In this document: positions 46,307 through 58,079 of the stretch, one piece after another
How positions within the stretch are numbered: the first letter of the stretch is position 1
How the letters are laid out: each line of letters begins with the position of its first letter
NCBI RefSeq assembly: GCF_054482595.1
Contig: NZ_CM137008.1
DNA length: 64,000 nt
Strand: one strand, 5' to 3'
Program-made: the position numbers and the translations under genes
Notes under the pieces: generated by a model
Databases searched by the model: none
What the model saw: the letters and a program-made list of their open reading frames with translations, nothing else
Told to the model about the DNA's origin: nothing

Positions 46307-48226
46307 ATGAATAAGTTTATCGCTGCTGAAGCTGCGGAATGTATAGGCTGTCATGCTTGTGAAATTGCCTGTGCGGTGGCACACAATCAAGAAAACTGGC
46401 CGCTGAGTCACAGTGACTTTCGACCGCGTATCCACGTTGTAGGGAAAGGCCTGGCTGCGAATCCGGTGGCCTGCCATCACTGCAACAATGCCCCTTGCGT
46501 TACGGCTTGTCCGGTTAATGCTCTGACTTTCCAGTCCGATAGCGTACAACTGGACGAGCAAAAATGTATTGGTTGTAAAAGATGCGCAATCGCTTGCCCC
46601 TTTGGCGTCGTTGAGATGGTCGATACGATTGCGCTGAAATGCGACCTTTGTAACCAGCGCAGTTCCGGCACGCAAGCCTGTATTGAAGTCTGCCCAACAC
46701 AGGCGTTACGGCTGATGGACGATAAAGGGTTACAGCAGATAAAGGTGGCCCGCCAGCGCAAAACGGCAGCAGGAAAAGCGTCATCAGACGCTCAGCCATC
46801 TCGCAGTGCAGCGTTGCTCCCCGTTAACTCGCGTAAAGGCGCAGATAAAATTTCAGCGAGTGAACGGAAAACCCACTTTGGCGAAATCTATTGCGGGCTG
46901 GATCCACAACAAGCGACTTATGAGAGTGACCGCTGTGTTTATTGTGCCGAAAAAGCTAACTGCAACTGGCATTGCCCGCTGCATAACGCTATTCCGGATT
47001 ACATCCGTCTGGTACAGGAAGGAAAGATTATTGAAGCGGCAGAACTTTGCCACCAGACCAGTTCCTTACCAGAAATCTGCGGCAGGGTATGCCCACAGGA
47101 CCGTCTTTGTGAAGGCGCATGTACTTTGAAAGATCACTCTGGCGCAGTCTCTATCGGTAATCTGGAACGCTACATCACCGATACCGCGCTGGCGATGGGC
47201 TGGCGTCCCGATGTCAGCAAAGTTGTTCCCCGTATCGAGAAAGTGGCGGTGATTGGCGCTGGGCCTGCAGGGTTAGGGTGTGCTGATATTCTGGCGCGCG
47301 CAGGAGTTCAGGTCGATGTCTTTGATCGCCATCCAGAAATTGGCGGTATGCTGACTTTTGGCATTCCTCCTTTCAAACTCGATAAAACGGTATTAAGCCA
47401 GCGGCGAGAGATATTCACCGCAATGGGAATCGACTTTCATCTTAACTGTGAAATTGGCCGCGATATTACCTTTAGCGATTTAACTTCTGAATATGATGCA
47501 GTTTTCATCGGCGTGGGGACTTACGGGATGATGCGAGCTGATCTGCCGCATGAAGATGCGCCCGGTGTCATTCAGGCTCTACCGTTCTTGACTGCCCATA
47601 CCCGCCAGCTCATGGGGTTGCCGGAGTCTGAAGAGTATCCGCTGACGGACGTGGAAGGTAAGCGAGTCGTGGTATTGGGCGGTGGCGATACGACAATGGA
47701 TTGTTTGCGGACTTCCATCCGCCTCAATGCCGCCAGCGTGACCTGCGCGTATCGTCGTGATGAAGTCAGTATGCCGGGCTCGCGCAAAGAGGTGGTCAAT
47801 GCGCGCGAGGAAGGTGTCGAGTTTCAATTCAATGTTCAGCCGCAATATATCGCTTGTGACGAAGATGGGCGTTTAACTGCGGTGGGCCTGATTCGTACCG
47901 CCATGGGTGAGCCGGGGCCGGATGGTCGCCGTCGTCCTCGTCCGGTTGCGGGTTCAGAGTTTGAATTGCCCGCCGATGTTCTCATTATGGCCTTTGGTTT
48001 CCAGGCGCATGCCATGCCGTGGTTGCAGGGCAGCGGAATTAAACTCGATAAATGGGGCCTGATTCAAACCGGCGACGTTGGGTATTTACCTACCCAGACG
48101 CATCTGAAAAAAGTATTTGCTGGTGGGGATGCAGTTCATGGCGCGGATCTGGTTGTCACTGCCATGGCCGCAGGAAGGCAGGCGGCGCGCGATATGTTAA
48201 CTCTGTTTGATACGAAGGCATCGTGA
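46307..48226 (+). CDS. ygfT: fused Fe-S (4Fe-4S ferredoxin-type) / FAD-NAD(P) oxidoreductase YgfT
   Basis: ORF 46292..48226 trimmed to [22 protein letters not shown] (639 aa); multiple CxxCxxCxxxCP motifs then GltD-like dinucleotide domain ([10 protein letters not shown]). Confidence 0.87.
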   Translation: MNKFIAAEAAECIGCHACEIACAVAHNQENWPLSHSDFRPRIHVVGKGLAANPVACHHCNNAPCVTACPVNALTFQSDSVQLDEQKCIGCKRCAIACPFGVVEMVDTIALKCDLCNQRSSGTQACIEVCPTQALRLMDDKGLQQIKVARQRKTAAGKASSDAQPSRSAALLPVNSRKGADKISASERKTHFGEIYCGLDPQQATYESDRCVYCAEKANCNWHCPLHNAIPDYIRLVQEGKIIEAAELCHQTSSLPEICGRVCPQDRLCEGACTLKDHSGAVSIGNLERYITDTALAMGWRPDVSKVVPRIEKVAVIGAGPAGLGCADILARAGVQVDVFDRHPEIGGMLTFGIPPFKLDKTVLSQRREIFTAMGIDFHLNCEIGRDITFSDLTSEYDAVFIGVGTYGMMRADLPHEDAPGVIQALPFLTAHTRQLMGLPESEEYPLTDVEGKRVVVLGGGDTTMDCLRTSIRLNAASVTCAYRRDEVSMPGSRKEVVNAREEGVEFQFNVQPQYIACDEDGRLTAVGLIRTAMGEPGPDGRRRPRPVAGSEFELPADVLIMAFGFQAHAMPWLQGSGIKLDKWGLIQTGDVGYLPTQTHLKKVFAGGDAVHGADLVVTAMAAGRQAARDMLTLFDTKAS

Positions 48227-48714
48227 TGAAATCGTTAATTATCGTTAATCCGGCTGACTGTATTGGCTGCCGTACTTGTGAAGTGGCCTGTGTGGTCGCT
48301 CACCCTTCAGAACAAGAGTTGAATGCCGATGTCTTTTTACCCCGGCTGAAGGTACAGCGACTGGACTGCATCAGTGCGCCGGTGATGTGCCATCAGTGTG
48401 AAAACGCCCCTTGTGTTGGCGCTTGCCCCGTGGGGGCGCTGACGATGGGCGAGCAGGTGGTGCAGACCAATTCTGCCCGTTGTATTGGCTGTCAGAGTTG
48501 CGTCAGTGCGTGCCCGTTTGGAATGATCACCATTCAGTCGTTGCCGGGGGATACCCGGCAACAAATCGTGAAATGCGATCTCTGTGAACAGCGGGAAGAG
48601 GGGCCTGCCTGCGTTGAATCTTGCCCAACACAGGCGCTGCAGTTGCTTACTGAAAGAGAACTCAGGCGAGTCCGCCAGCAGCGTATTGTTGCCAGCGGTG
48701 AGAATCCTCTGTGA
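48223..48714 (+). CDS. ygfS: 4Fe-4S ferredoxin-type protein YgfS
   Basis: ORF track 163 aa (true start may be second Met); [11 protein letters not shown] and [12 protein letters not shown] motifs; ATGA overlap with ygfT. Confidence 0.85.
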   Translation: MMKSLIIVNPADCIGCRTCEVACVVAHPSEQELNADVFLPRLKVQRLDCISAPVMCHQCENAPCVGACPVGALTMGEQVVQTNSARCIGCQSCVSACPFGMITIQSLPGDTRQQIVKCDLCEQREEGPACVESCPTQALQLLTERELRRVRQQRIVASGENPL

Positions 48715-48749
48715 AAGAAATCTCCGCGCTGAAAGGCGCGGAGAATCTA

Positions 48750-50117
48750 TTAGATTGCCCAACCACCCGCGTAAAATGCGACCAGTGCGGCAGTAATGAT
48801 CACCGTACCAATATTCAGCTTTTGCCATTCGCGTGCAAAGACGCGGCCTACGACCAGTGTCACAAAGCCCAGCATAATACCGGTAACGATATTACAAGTC
48901 AGAACGATGAACACGGCACACACCAGGCCAGCCATAGCGTCAATAAAATCATTGAAATCCAGCTTCGAGACGTTACTTAACATCAGCAAACCTACGTACA
49001 TCAGAGCGGGTGCAGTGGCGTAACCAGGGATCAAAAATGACAGCGGTGATAAGAACAGAATCAGCAGGAATAACGCCCCCACTACGGTTGCGGTTAACCC
49101 TGTTTTACCCCCGGCGGCGGTTCCTGCCGCTGATTCGATATAAACCGCTGCGGGCGCTGCGCCCACCAGGCCGGAGAATATTGAACTTACTGAGTCACTG
49201 GTCAGGGCTTTGCCGCCGTTGATGATCTGGTTGTCTTTATCCAACAAATTCGCCTGACCGGCGACGGCACGGATGGTGCCAGTAGCGTCGAACACTGCGG
49301 TCATCACCAATGCCAGTACACTCGGAAGTACAGTTGGCTGGAGTGCGCCCATAATATCGAGGCTGAAAATCAGAGACTTACCATCTTCGCCAGTCAGGCT
49401 TGGCATCGCCACCAGACCGTGGTATTTCACCGCTGGGTCAAAGATTAAGCCGATGATCGAAATTGCAATAATCACCAACAAGATCCCGCCGGGTACGCGA
49501 CACTTCTCCAGACCGAAGATGACCGCCAGCCCCAGCAAGCTCATCATCACCGGGAAGGAGGTAAACGCACCGAGCGCCACTGGCAAGCCTTCAATCGGGT
49601 TTTTGATAACCATTCCCACACCGTTAGCAGCAATCAGCAGCAGAAACAGCCCGATACCGATACCTGTACCGTGAGCGATCCCCATCGGTAAATTACGTAA
49701 GATCCAGGTACGCACACCGGTTACGGAAATGGCGGTGAAGATGACGCCCATCAGAAATACCGCGCCCAGTGCGACAGGAACGCTAATTTGTTGCCCGAGT
49801 ACCAGACTGAATGCGGTAAACGCCGTCAAGGAAATCGCGCAACCAATCGCCATTGGCAAATTGGCCCATAATCCCATCAGCAACGAGCCGAAGCCCGCGA
49901 CCAGACAGGTGGCAACAAACACAGCTGCGGGAGGAAAACCTGCTTTGCCCAGCATTCCCGGAACGACGATAACGGAATAAACCATGGCCAGAAAGGTCGT
50001 TAAGCCAGCCAGTACTTCCTGACGAACGGTACTGCCACGAGCGGTAATTTTAAAATAATTATCCAGCGCGCCCTGTGGCTTTGGTGCGTCCGGTGTTTGT
50101 AGGATGTCTCCAGACAT
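48750..50117 (-). CDS. ghxQ: guanine/hypoxanthine permease (NCS2 AzgA-like)
   Basis: ORF track 455 aa, [34 protein letters not shown]. Confidence 0.87.
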   Translation of the reverse strand: MSGDILQTPDAPKPQGALDNYFKITARGSTVRQEVLAGLTTFLAMVYSVIVVPGMLGKAGFPPAAVFVATCLVAGFGSLLMGLWANLPMAIGCAISLTAFTAFSLVLGQQISVPVALGAVFLMGVIFTAISVTGVRTWILRNLPMGIAHGTGIGIGLFLLLIAANGVGMVIKNPIEGLPVALGAFTSFPVMMSLLGLAVIFGLEKCRVPGGILLVIIAISIIGLIFDPAVKYHGLVAMPSLTGEDGKSLIFSLDIMGALQPTVLPSVLALVMTAVFDATGTIRAVAGQANLLDKDNQIINGGKALTSDSVSSIFSGLVGAAPAAVYIESAAGTAAGGKTGLTATVVGALFLLILFLSPLSFLIPGYATAPALMYVGLLMLSNVSKLDFNDFIDAMAGLVCAVFIVLTCNIVTGIMLGFVTLVVGRVFAREWQKLNIGTVIITAALVAFYAGGWAI

Positions 50118-50152
50118 AATGATGTCCTCACGAGGATGTAAAAGTTTTATTA

Positions 50153-51472
50153 TTAGTTGCGTTCGTACACCAGACGACCATCAACGTAGGTGCGGTAGAT
50201 CGAACGGTCATCGCCCAACGTCATCATCACGAACAATTTGTCGACTAAAGAAACAGAGTTGTCATAGCGCAGCTGCTGTAGCGGAGTGGCGGTGGGTTCC
50301 ATCACCACGAAATCAGCCTCTTTGCCAGGTAAAAAGTTGCCAATCAAATCGTCAAGGCCCAGAGATTTCGCTCCGCCGAGCGTTGCCAGGTAAAACGCTT
50401 CATATGCCGAGAGGCGATAGCCTTGTAATTGCAACACTTTGTAGGCTTCGTTCAGCGTTTGCAGCATGTTGAAAGTGGTTCCGGCACCGATATCCGTTCC
50501 CATGCCCACTTTGACTTTCTTCTGCCATGCTTTTTTCAAGTTGAATAAGCCGCTGCCGAGGTAAAGGTTGGAGGTCGGACAGAAAGCAATGCTGGATTTG
50601 GTTTCGCTGAGACGATCCCACTCTTTTTCTTCGAGATGGACGCAGTGAGCAAAGACACAGTTTTTACCGGTCAGGCCGTACTGATGGTAAACATCCAGAT
50701 AACCATCATGGTCAGGATAAAGCGATTTCACCCAGGCAATTTCATCTTTGTTTTCACAGAGATGGGTATGTACCCACGTATCCGGATATTCCTCTTTCAG
50801 GCGTTGCGCCATCGCCATCTGTTCAGGAGAAGAAGTAGGGGCGAAGCGTGGCGTAATCGCATATAGCAGACGACCATTTTTGTGCCAGCGTTCAATCAGT
50901 TCTTTGCTTTGGTGATAGCTGCTTTCGGCAGTGTCGAGCAGATAATCCGGTGCGTTACGGTCCATCATCACCTTACCGGCAATCATACGCATATTGATAT
51001 GACTGGCGGCTTCAAACAGCGCATCAACGGATTGCGGATGAACAGTGCCAAACACCAGCGCCGTGGTGGTTCCGTTACGTAAAAGCTGCTTGATGAAGAA
51101 CGCCGACATTTCGCGGGCGTACTCTAAATCCTCATAACGACGTTCAGTAGGGAAGGTGTGTTTATTCAACCACTCCAGCAATTGCTCACCATAGGCCCCC
51201 ACCATTTCACTTTGCGGATAATGGATATGTGTATCGACAAAGCCCGGTACTATCAGTTTGCCGCGATAGTCGCGCACGCGAATGGTGTCAGGAATTTGAT
51301 GCTTTCCGTTTTCCCATTCGCCAAACCATTCCACTTTTCCCTGTTTAATGAGTAATAAACCATCCTCAATAAACCGCAGCGCAGAGGCAATCTCTTCCGG
51401 GTTATCGACCGTACGGGTGACATCAATAAAACTGCCTCGTACCGCTTTTAACGTGTGTTCTCCTGACATCAT
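50153..51472 (-). CDS. guaD: guanine deaminase
   Basis: ORF 50153..51592 trimmed to [15 protein letters not shown] (439 aa); amidohydrolase motif [12 protein letters not shown]. Confidence 0.9.
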   Translation of the reverse strand: MMSGEHTLKAVRGSFIDVTRTVDNPEEIASALRFIEDGLLLIKQGKVEWFGEWENGKHQIPDTIRVRDYRGKLIVPGFVDTHIHYPQSEMVGAYGEQLLEWLNKHTFPTERRYEDLEYAREMSAFFIKQLLRNGTTTALVFGTVHPQSVDALFEAASHINMRMIAGKVMMDRNAPDYLLDTAESSYHQSKELIERWHKNGRLLYAITPRFAPTSSPEQMAMAQRLKEEYPDTWVHTHLCENKDEIAWVKSLYPDHDGYLDVYHQYGLTGKNCVFAHCVHLEEKEWDRLSETKSSIAFCPTSNLYLGSGLFNLKKAWQKKVKVGMGTDIGAGTTFNMLQTLNEAYKVLQLQGYRLSAYEAFYLATLGGAKSLGLDDLIGNFLPGKEADFVVMEPTATPLQQLRYDNSVSLVDKLFVMMTLGDDRSIYRTYVDGRLVYERN

Positions 51473-51486
51473 TGACTCCTTTACTG

Positions 51487-52887
51487 TTAATCCATATCTT
51501 CCGCTGAGGTAATACCAGGCAGAACGTTTTCCTGTCGGTAGCCACCAGGGAGGATAATATTTAATAAAATCGCAGTTAACCCGCCAGCACAAATAGGGTT
51601 TTCAACTAATACATAAATAGAGGCTGGCAATATTTTAAAAATTTCGGGATCGTAGGAGACGCCAAGCCCTAAACCTAAAGAAGTGGCGACAATAAGTGTT
51701 TCACGCCGCTTTAATCCGTTGGTGATGATGATGCGAATCCCAGCGATGGCAATCATGGAAAACATCAACGTCATTGCGCCTCCCAGAACTGCCGAGGGAA
51801 TGGTCGTGAAGAAGCCGCCAATCATCGGAAATAAGCCGAGGATAACCAGCATTACCGCGATGGTTCGCCCGACATAACGTGAAGCGACGCCAGTCATCTG
51901 AATAACCCCATTATTTTGCGCAAACGTGGTTAATGGTAATGAACCAACAGCGGAGGCGATAACAGAAACCAGACCATCTGCCAGCACGCCGCCTTTCAGT
52001 CGGGACTGATACTCTTCCCCCTGAATGGGGCGGCGGGAAACCATTGCCGTGGCGGTGATATCGCCGACTGCTTCCAGCACGCTAAGCAGATAAATCGTGC
52101 CAACCACCAGGAACTGATGGAAGCTAAAACTAAAGCCGTATTTGAACGGATGTGGGATGGTGATTAACGGCAAATTGCGCATACTGCTGAAATCCACCAT
52201 GCCCAGGCATAACGATGCGATATAGCCGACACATAGCCCAATGGCGATCCCTCCCATGCGTAGCAACGGACTGCGACAGCAGTTAAAGCCGATCACCACA
52301 ATCAAAACCAATAAACCAACGCCGAGATGTTCGTAATTGCCGAACGTACCGCTGCTTTTGGCTGCAAATCCTCCACCAAAATCGATAATGCCGACTTTAA
52401 TCAGGCTTAAGCCGATCATCAGTACCACAATACCGCTGACAGTAGGCGTAATAACCCGACGTAAATAGGGCAGGATAAAAGAAGAGCCGACAACCAGAAA
52501 TGCGCCAACGAAGGAGACGCCGAGAAGCGACGACATGATTAACTCTTCGTGAAAACCGTCGCTTTTCATGCTGCTGCCCAGCGCAATCATGACCGTAACA
52601 AATGAAAAATTGACTGACTGAATTGAGAGTAGGCCAGAACCGACGATGCCGTAGCGGTTTACTTGTAACCAGGTACCAATACCAGAGGCGATCATCGCCA
52701 TAGAAACAAGATAGGCGGTTGTTTCAGCGGAAAGCTGTAAGGCCGCACCCACGATTAACGCGGGGGTTACCATCGGAACGAAAATTGCCAACAGATGGGT
52801 AATGGCACCAACGAGAGCCTGATGAAAGGGAGGGCGATCCTCCAGTTCAAATATAAGGTCAGAACCTGCATGGTTTATATCAGACAT
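51487..52887 (-). CDS. xanQ: xanthine permease (NCS2/NAT)
   Basis: ORF 51487..52944 trimmed to MSDINHAGSDLIFELEDRPPFHQ (466 aa). Confidence 0.87.
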   Translation of the reverse strand: MSDINHAGSDLIFELEDRPPFHQALVGAITHLLAIFVPMVTPALIVGAALQLSAETTAYLVSMAMIASGIGTWLQVNRYGIVGSGLLSIQSVNFSFVTVMIALGSSMKSDGFHEELIMSSLLGVSFVGAFLVVGSSFILPYLRRVITPTVSGIVVLMIGLSLIKVGIIDFGGGFAAKSSGTFGNYEHLGVGLLVLIVVIGFNCCRSPLLRMGGIAIGLCVGYIASLCLGMVDFSSMRNLPLITIPHPFKYGFSFSFHQFLVVGTIYLLSVLEAVGDITATAMVSRRPIQGEEYQSRLKGGVLADGLVSVIASAVGSLPLTTFAQNNGVIQMTGVASRYVGRTIAVMLVILGLFPMIGGFFTTIPSAVLGGAMTLMFSMIAIAGIRIIITNGLKRRETLIVATSLGLGLGVSYDPEIFKILPASIYVLVENPICAGGLTAILLNIILPGGYRQENVLPGITSAEDMD

Positions 52888-53004
52888 CCCTTCACTCCTT
52901 TTAAAGTAAATTTGATCATCTGAATTAGTAAAATAAATTCCCACGAATTTGGGGCGCAGGACGCCTTGAGAACGGCTTATCTCATTTTCGCAGTCACTAT
53001 TTAG

Positions 53005-53042
53005 TCATCGTTCAAACAGAGAAACAGGCCGCCGAAGCGGCC
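53005..53042 (-). terminator. xdhD terminator (ggccgc-cgaa-gcggcc followed on minus strand by TGTTTCTCTGTTTG)
   Basis: Perfect 6-bp GC stem 10 nt after xdhD stop, T-rich tail. Confidence 0.55.
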
Positions 53043-53051
53043 ATTTATTAC

Positions 53052-55922
53052 TTATATTTTTTCCAGCGCGGTGAGTATTTTCTCCGGTGTGAAATGCCAT
53101 TCGCGTAACCAGATGCCGCAGGCATCGTGAATTGCGGTAGCAATCGCCGGAGCTGCGCCATTTACACCAATTTCCGAGATCGATTTCGCCCCGAACGGGC
53201 CGACTTTATCGTCGCTCGGCACCAACACAGCGCGGAAATCACGCGGAATGTCACCAATTTTCGGTGCGCCGTAACTGCGTAAATCACGCGTTAACGGGTG
53301 ACCTTCGGCGTCATAAATGATCTCTTCGCTCATACTGTGGCCGATAGCACGCAGGGTGGCACCGTAGATTTGTCCCAACGCTAACTCTGGATTGACCGGT
53401 GTACCGCAGTCCAGCAGGGCGTAGAATTTATCCAGGCGGATTTCACCCGTACGCGTGTTGACGGCAACTTCAGCGAAGTTTGCGCCATACGGGAAAGCGA
53501 AATCAGGCGTGATATAACTGCCAGTTCCCACCAGTGAACCAAAGCCGGTGCCGGTTTCGCCTTTATGGGCAATATCCCCGAAACTAACTTCGCCTTTCTT
53601 GCCGCGCACGACGCCCGGCGTTGCTAGTTGAACATCTGCCACTGGCTCACCCAACATTTGCGCGCCGTGGAACAGAATTTTCTCCCGCAGATTTTCCGCT
53701 GCCAAACGCGCCGCGTTACCCGAGAAGCAAGTACCGGACGAGGCATATGCGCCTTTATCAAACAACGCATGATCGGTATCACCGGAGATAACATGCACGT
53801 CCTGCGGTGGGCAGTGCAGCACTTCTGCTGCCAGTTTCGTCACTACAGTATCCAGACCAGTACCAATATCCGCACCGCCAGAATGAACGATAAAGGTGCC
53901 GTCCGATTCCAGTTTGATCATGCAGTTAGCCTGATCGATATCCGGGATACCCGATTTCTGCATGATAATGGCGACGCCGCGACCGATGTGCCAGTCACCA
54001 TTTTGCGGTTTCGGTGAAGACCATTGGATCATCTCGCGACCCTGACGCAGGATCTCTTCCAGTGCGCAGCTGGCGGCGGAAGGAACGGAGGTTGGCGCTT
54101 TACCTTCACCAATTGCACCGAGAATTTTCAGCTCTTGCCCTTCGTGTACCCGGTTACGTTCGATAATTTCCAGTTGGTCGATCTGTAACTGTTCAGCAAG
54201 TTCCGCTAATGCCATGGTGATAGCGAAGTTACCTTTCGGTGCGCCATAACCCTGATAAGCACCATTTGGGCAAATGTTGCTGTAGTAGGTGGTGACCTGG
54301 AAATCGACGTTATCGCACGGATATAAGGGCAGCGACAGCGCCGGTCCGTTACACGGTACGGTGAGTGAGTGGTTGCCGTAAGGGCCAGTGTTGGCGCGGA
54401 AATCCATCTTCACTGCCGTCAGGCGACCATCTTTTTTCGCTCCCAGTTTGACGGTGACTTTCGCGACGTGACGAGAGGTGTTAGCAATAAACTCTTCTTC
54501 ACGGGTGTAGCGGAACAGTACCGGACGCCCGGTCACGCAGGTTGCCCATGCGCACACTTCTTCCAGCAGGATGTCCTGTTTGGAACCAAAACCGCCGCCA
54601 ACTCGCTCTTTAATGACATGAACTTTATGCTGTTTCATGCCCACGAGGCGCGCGACCTGGCGGCGTAAGTGCCATGGTACCTGGGTGGAGGCGTGGATAA
54701 CCAGACGATCGCCATCCATGCGGGTAAAGCAGATATGTGTTTCAGTCGGGCACTGCTGCGCCTGCGTTGAGTTATAGGTTCGCTCAATGATCACATCGGC
54801 ATCGGCAAAGCCTTTGTCCATATCGCCAATATGACCATGAATACTGGCGGCGATATTTTTGCGGGGGCGAGAACCGATCGGGAAGTTAATGATCATATGC
54901 TCGCCGCGCTGGGCTGCATGGCTGTTATCGTCTTCCAGAGTATCTGGCGCACCAGCAACATACACCACCGGTTCATCGTGCACGACAGGCGCATCTTCCG
55001 CCATTGCTTCGTCGATCGACATTACCGGCTTAAGCACTTCATATTCAACGTCGATGAGCTTCAGTGCTTCGAGCGCAATTTCTTCACTTTCAGCGACGAC
55101 TGCAGCAACACGATCGCCGACGTGACGCATTTTCTTGCCGAACATACGGCGGTCAAGCGGTGACGGTTCCGGTGCGCTCTGACCACCCGGGGTATAGTAG
55201 ATATCCGGGCAATTCAGGTGAGTAATAACGTGAACGACGCCCGGTAAGGCTTCAGCTTTGCTGACATCCAGATGAGTAATCAGTGCGTGAGCGTGTGGGC
55301 TACGTAACATTTTAATGACGCAGGCGTCAGCCGTTACGCGGTCTTCAACATAGCAGGGCTTCGCCTGCACCATTTTTGCGGCATCAGTTTTAGGATAATG
55401 CTTACCAATGACTTCAAGGTCGTCACGGAAAGTCGGAGCGATATCAATGGTGGCCTGCGGATTATTTTTACGTGCAACCGCCAGTTCAATGACCTGATAG
55501 TATTGCTGCCAGCCAGCATCGCGGCTAAACAGACCTGAGAGCGAGTCGTCGATCTCTTCGCGGGTAGGTGCGGCGATGCGATCGAGAAGATCGGTGATAA
55601 TCAGAGCCGCAGCTGGATCGTTATAACCAGACTGCACCACGCCAACATCAACCATTGCCTGTTGAACCAGACTTAACTCGTTCCATTTGCCCAGAGATTC
55701 TGCGGTACGAATATCTGCCTTCTCTAACTGTGCGGCAATAAGCAAGGACGCGTTAACGATATTACCGTTAAAGATAATTGCGTCAGAACCGGCAAACCCG
55801 AAGCCATCATCACTGTTGCGTACAGAGTGCATTCCCATGTTAAACAACAGCTTTTGCACGTTTTCGCCTGGATTAACGGTTAGCTCCTGAGGCGCGCCAT
55901 TTAAAGTAAAGTGGATGATCAT
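53052..55922 (-). CDS. xdhD: molybdopterin-dependent hydroxylase (xanthine-dehydrogenase family), fused Fe-S/Mo subunit XdhD
   Basis: ORF track 956 aa, MIIHFTLNGAPQELTVNPGENVQKLLF. Confidence 0.9.
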   Translation of the reverse strand: MIIHFTLNGAPQELTVNPGENVQKLLFNMGMHSVRNSDDGFGFAGSDAIIFNGNIVNASLLIAAQLEKADIRTAESLGKWNELSLVQQAMVDVGVVQSGYNDPAAALIITDLLDRIAAPTREEIDDSLSGLFSRDAGWQQYYQVIELAVARKNNPQATIDIAPTFRDDLEVIGKHYPKTDAAKMVQAKPCYVEDRVTADACVIKMLRSPHAHALITHLDVSKAEALPGVVHVITHLNCPDIYYTPGGQSAPEPSPLDRRMFGKKMRHVGDRVAAVVAESEEIALEALKLIDVEYEVLKPVMSIDEAMAEDAPVVHDEPVVYVAGAPDTLEDDNSHAAQRGEHMIINFPIGSRPRKNIAASIHGHIGDMDKGFADADVIIERTYNSTQAQQCPTETHICFTRMDGDRLVIHASTQVPWHLRRQVARLVGMKQHKVHVIKERVGGGFGSKQDILLEEVCAWATCVTGRPVLFRYTREEEFIANTSRHVAKVTVKLGAKKDGRLTAVKMDFRANTGPYGNHSLTVPCNGPALSLPLYPCDNVDFQVTTYYSNICPNGAYQGYGAPKGNFAITMALAELAEQLQIDQLEIIERNRVHEGQELKILGAIGEGKAPTSVPSAASCALEEILRQGREMIQWSSPKPQNGDWHIGRGVAIIMQKSGIPDIDQANCMIKLESDGTFIVHSGGADIGTGLDTVVTKLAAEVLHCPPQDVHVISGDTDHALFDKGAYASSGTCFSGNAARLAAENLREKILFHGAQMLGEPVADVQLATPGVVRGKKGEVSFGDIAHKGETGTGFGSLVGTGSYITPDFAFPYGANFAEVAVNTRTGEIRLDKFYALLDCGTPVNPELALGQIYGATLRAIGHSMSEEIIYDAEGHPLTRDLRSYGAPKIGDIPRDFRAVLVPSDDKVGPFGAKSISEIGVNGAAPAIATAIHDACGIWLREWHFTPEKILTALEKI

Positions 55923-56698
55923 ACGGCTTCCTCCCCAGCCTGTTGGCAGTCGGCATACAGGTCGGCTACCAGAACTCCCGTGATATAGCGTTTATAGGCC
56001 ACGCTGCCCCGCAAATCTTCCTGCGGGAAAATGGCGTTGGCGACAGCCTGTTCAAGTGCATTGCCTTCCAGATTTTGTTTTTCGACATCGTGCAGACGCA
56101 GTGCTTTACTGGCGACGCCATCCAGCGCAATTCGCATACCGTCGTGGTCTGTCATTGCAACGGCTGCCGTCACGACGGTTAAACCTGCCTGAGAACGGCT
56201 AATTTTCCGGGTCGCACAGGTGCGATACGGATCTTTAATGATAATTTCGGTTAGCAGGCGATCGCATGGGCAGGCCAGGTAGTCCTCGATTGACAGCGTT
56301 TCGCCGTTGCCAAAAACCAGTTCAGCATCCAGTGCCAGCAGGACGGGAAGCAGCACCGACTCTTCCTGGCGGGCGGCGATTTCACCACCAATGGTCGACT
56401 GATTACGAACATGGCGTGAGTAAACAAAACCGAGGGCTTCACGCAGCGCTGCAGGAATAAATCGCGCATCACGCAGTGGCTGCAAGCGAGACATTGCGCC
56501 AATCCGCAGTGCACCGTTATCCCAGTCAACCCAGTCTAGCTCCAGATCCTGTAAGGAAATGGCAATCTTTTTATCGGTACGGGTTGGTGTAGCATTGAGT
56601 TTGCTGCCCCCGGCGAACCAGACGGCTTCATCCTGGTAGCGGCGCTTCAGTTCCAGCGCCTGTTCGACAGAGTCGGGCCTGAAAAATTGTTCAATCAT
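55919..56698 (-). CDS. ygfM: FAD-binding subunit of molybdo-hydroxylase (CO dehydrogenase flavoprotein-like) YgfM
   Basis: ORF track 259 aa; 4-nt overlap with xdhD start. Confidence 0.87.
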   Translation of the reverse strand: MIEQFFRPDSVEQALELKRRYQDEAVWFAGGSKLNATPTRTDKKIAISLQDLELDWVDWDNGALRIGAMSRLQPLRDARFIPAALREALGFVYSRHVRNQSTIGGEIAARQEESVLLPVLLALDAELVFGNGETLSIEDYLACPCDRLLTEIIIKDPYRTCATRKISRSQAGLTVVTAAVAMTDHDGMRIALDGVASKALRLHDVEKQNLEGNALEQAVANAIFPQEDLRGSVAYKRYITGVLVADLYADCQQAGEEAV

Positions 56699-56748
56699 CT
56701 TCTTTCCTTATTTAACCCTCTTCCCTGCGGGAAGAGGGCATCTGTCAT

Positions 56749-58077
56749 TTATGCCAGCGCATCCATCCGACGCCACATACTGGCAGCGGCTTTTCTGGCT
56801 TGTGCATAAATGGAATCGCAATCGAAGTTAAACTGACGGTCTTCATAGACCATCACACCATTGACCATCACGCTGTGAACGCTGCCTGAGCCCATACCGA
56901 AAGCGATATGCCCGGCGATATTGTCTGCCAGCAGCGGCGTCGGCGAGTTGTAATCGCAAATGGTTAAATCAGCTTTGTAACCGGCTTCCAGAAGCCCAAA
57001 TTTCGCGCCAAAGTTGCGGCTCATCAGTTCGTTACCGTTAGTCAGGGCTTTGGCAAAACTGTCAGGCCACAGCGGACCACCCGCATCGCGATGTTTAAAG
57101 AAGGCAAATTTCATCTCTTCAAACATGTCCGAACCAATGCCGTCCGTTCCCAACGCCAGATTGCGGATGTCGCTAAGGTGATGGTTGTAGCCGACATGGT
57201 TGTTCATGTTTGAACGGGCGTTATGCACCAGGAACGCATCGCGCTGATTGAGTAGGGTGATGTCATCTTTCGACAAGTACAGCCCATGAGCGACCAGTGT
57301 TTTGCTGTCGATGAGATCGAATTGCGCCAGTCGTGCCAGCAGGTCTTTGCCGTACCAGTGGTGACTGTAGGAAACGTCGTAAAGGTCTTCCGCAGCGTGA
57401 ATATGCAAACCACGGCCTGTGGCTTTCACGGCTTCACGCAGCATCTCCAGACCGGCATCTGGCACGGTAAACGGCGCGTGAGCACCGATATGTGCTTCCA
57501 CCAGATACGGCTCGGTTGCTGCTTTCTTCGCCTCATCAATCTGACGGGCGAAGCGGATGTTTTCTTCTACACCTTCCTGCAACTCTTTGATGCCGTTGTT
57601 ACGGTCAGTAGTTTCAAAACAGGTCATCGCGCGCAGGCCAACTTTTAAAAATGCGTCGCGCAATGTGGAGAGCGACCCGCCGATATACGCCGGAGAGGCA
57701 TGGTGATCGATAACCGATGTACATCCGCTCTTAATCGCTTCCAGGGAACAAATCAGTCCGCTGTAATAGAGCGACTCTTCATCAAGGGCGCGATCGAGCC
57801 GCCACCAGAGATTTTTCAGCGTTGAGATGAAATCCGGGCAAGGGGCGATGTTTGCCATAATTCCGCGGGAAAGCCCCGAGTAAAAATGGTTGTGCGAGCA
57901 GACAATCCCTGGCATCACAATCCGGCCATGCATCTCTTTGAAGCTGGCGTCGGGGTAGCGTTGCGTCAGGGCATCGCCGATAGCGACAATCACATCGTTT
58001 TCGATGGCGATATCAACGCCTTCCTGCACTTTTGCCGGGTGTAGCTGTACCGCAGTGACATTCTTCAGAATCAACAT
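56749..58077 (-). CDS. ssnA: amidohydrolase-family protein SsnA (chlorohydrolase/aminohydrolase-like)
   Basis: ORF 56749..58143 trimmed to MLILKNVTAVQLHPAKV (442 aa); metal-binding HNHFY motif. Confidence 0.87.
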   Translation of the reverse strand: MLILKNVTAVQLHPAKVQEGVDIAIENDVIVAIGDALTQRYPDASFKEMHGRIVMPGIVCSHNHFYSGLSRGIMANIAPCPDFISTLKNLWWRLDRALDEESLYYSGLICSLEAIKSGCTSVIDHHASPAYIGGSLSTLRDAFLKVGLRAMTCFETTDRNNGIKELQEGVEENIRFARQIDEAKKAATEPYLVEAHIGAHAPFTVPDAGLEMLREAVKATGRGLHIHAAEDLYDVSYSHHWYGKDLLARLAQFDLIDSKTLVAHGLYLSKDDITLLNQRDAFLVHNARSNMNNHVGYNHHLSDIRNLALGTDGIGSDMFEEMKFAFFKHRDAGGPLWPDSFAKALTNGNELMSRNFGAKFGLLEAGYKADLTICDYNSPTPLLADNIAGHIAFGMGSGSVHSVMVNGVMVYEDRQFNFDCDSIYAQARKAAASMWRRMDALA

Positions 58078-58079
58078 GA

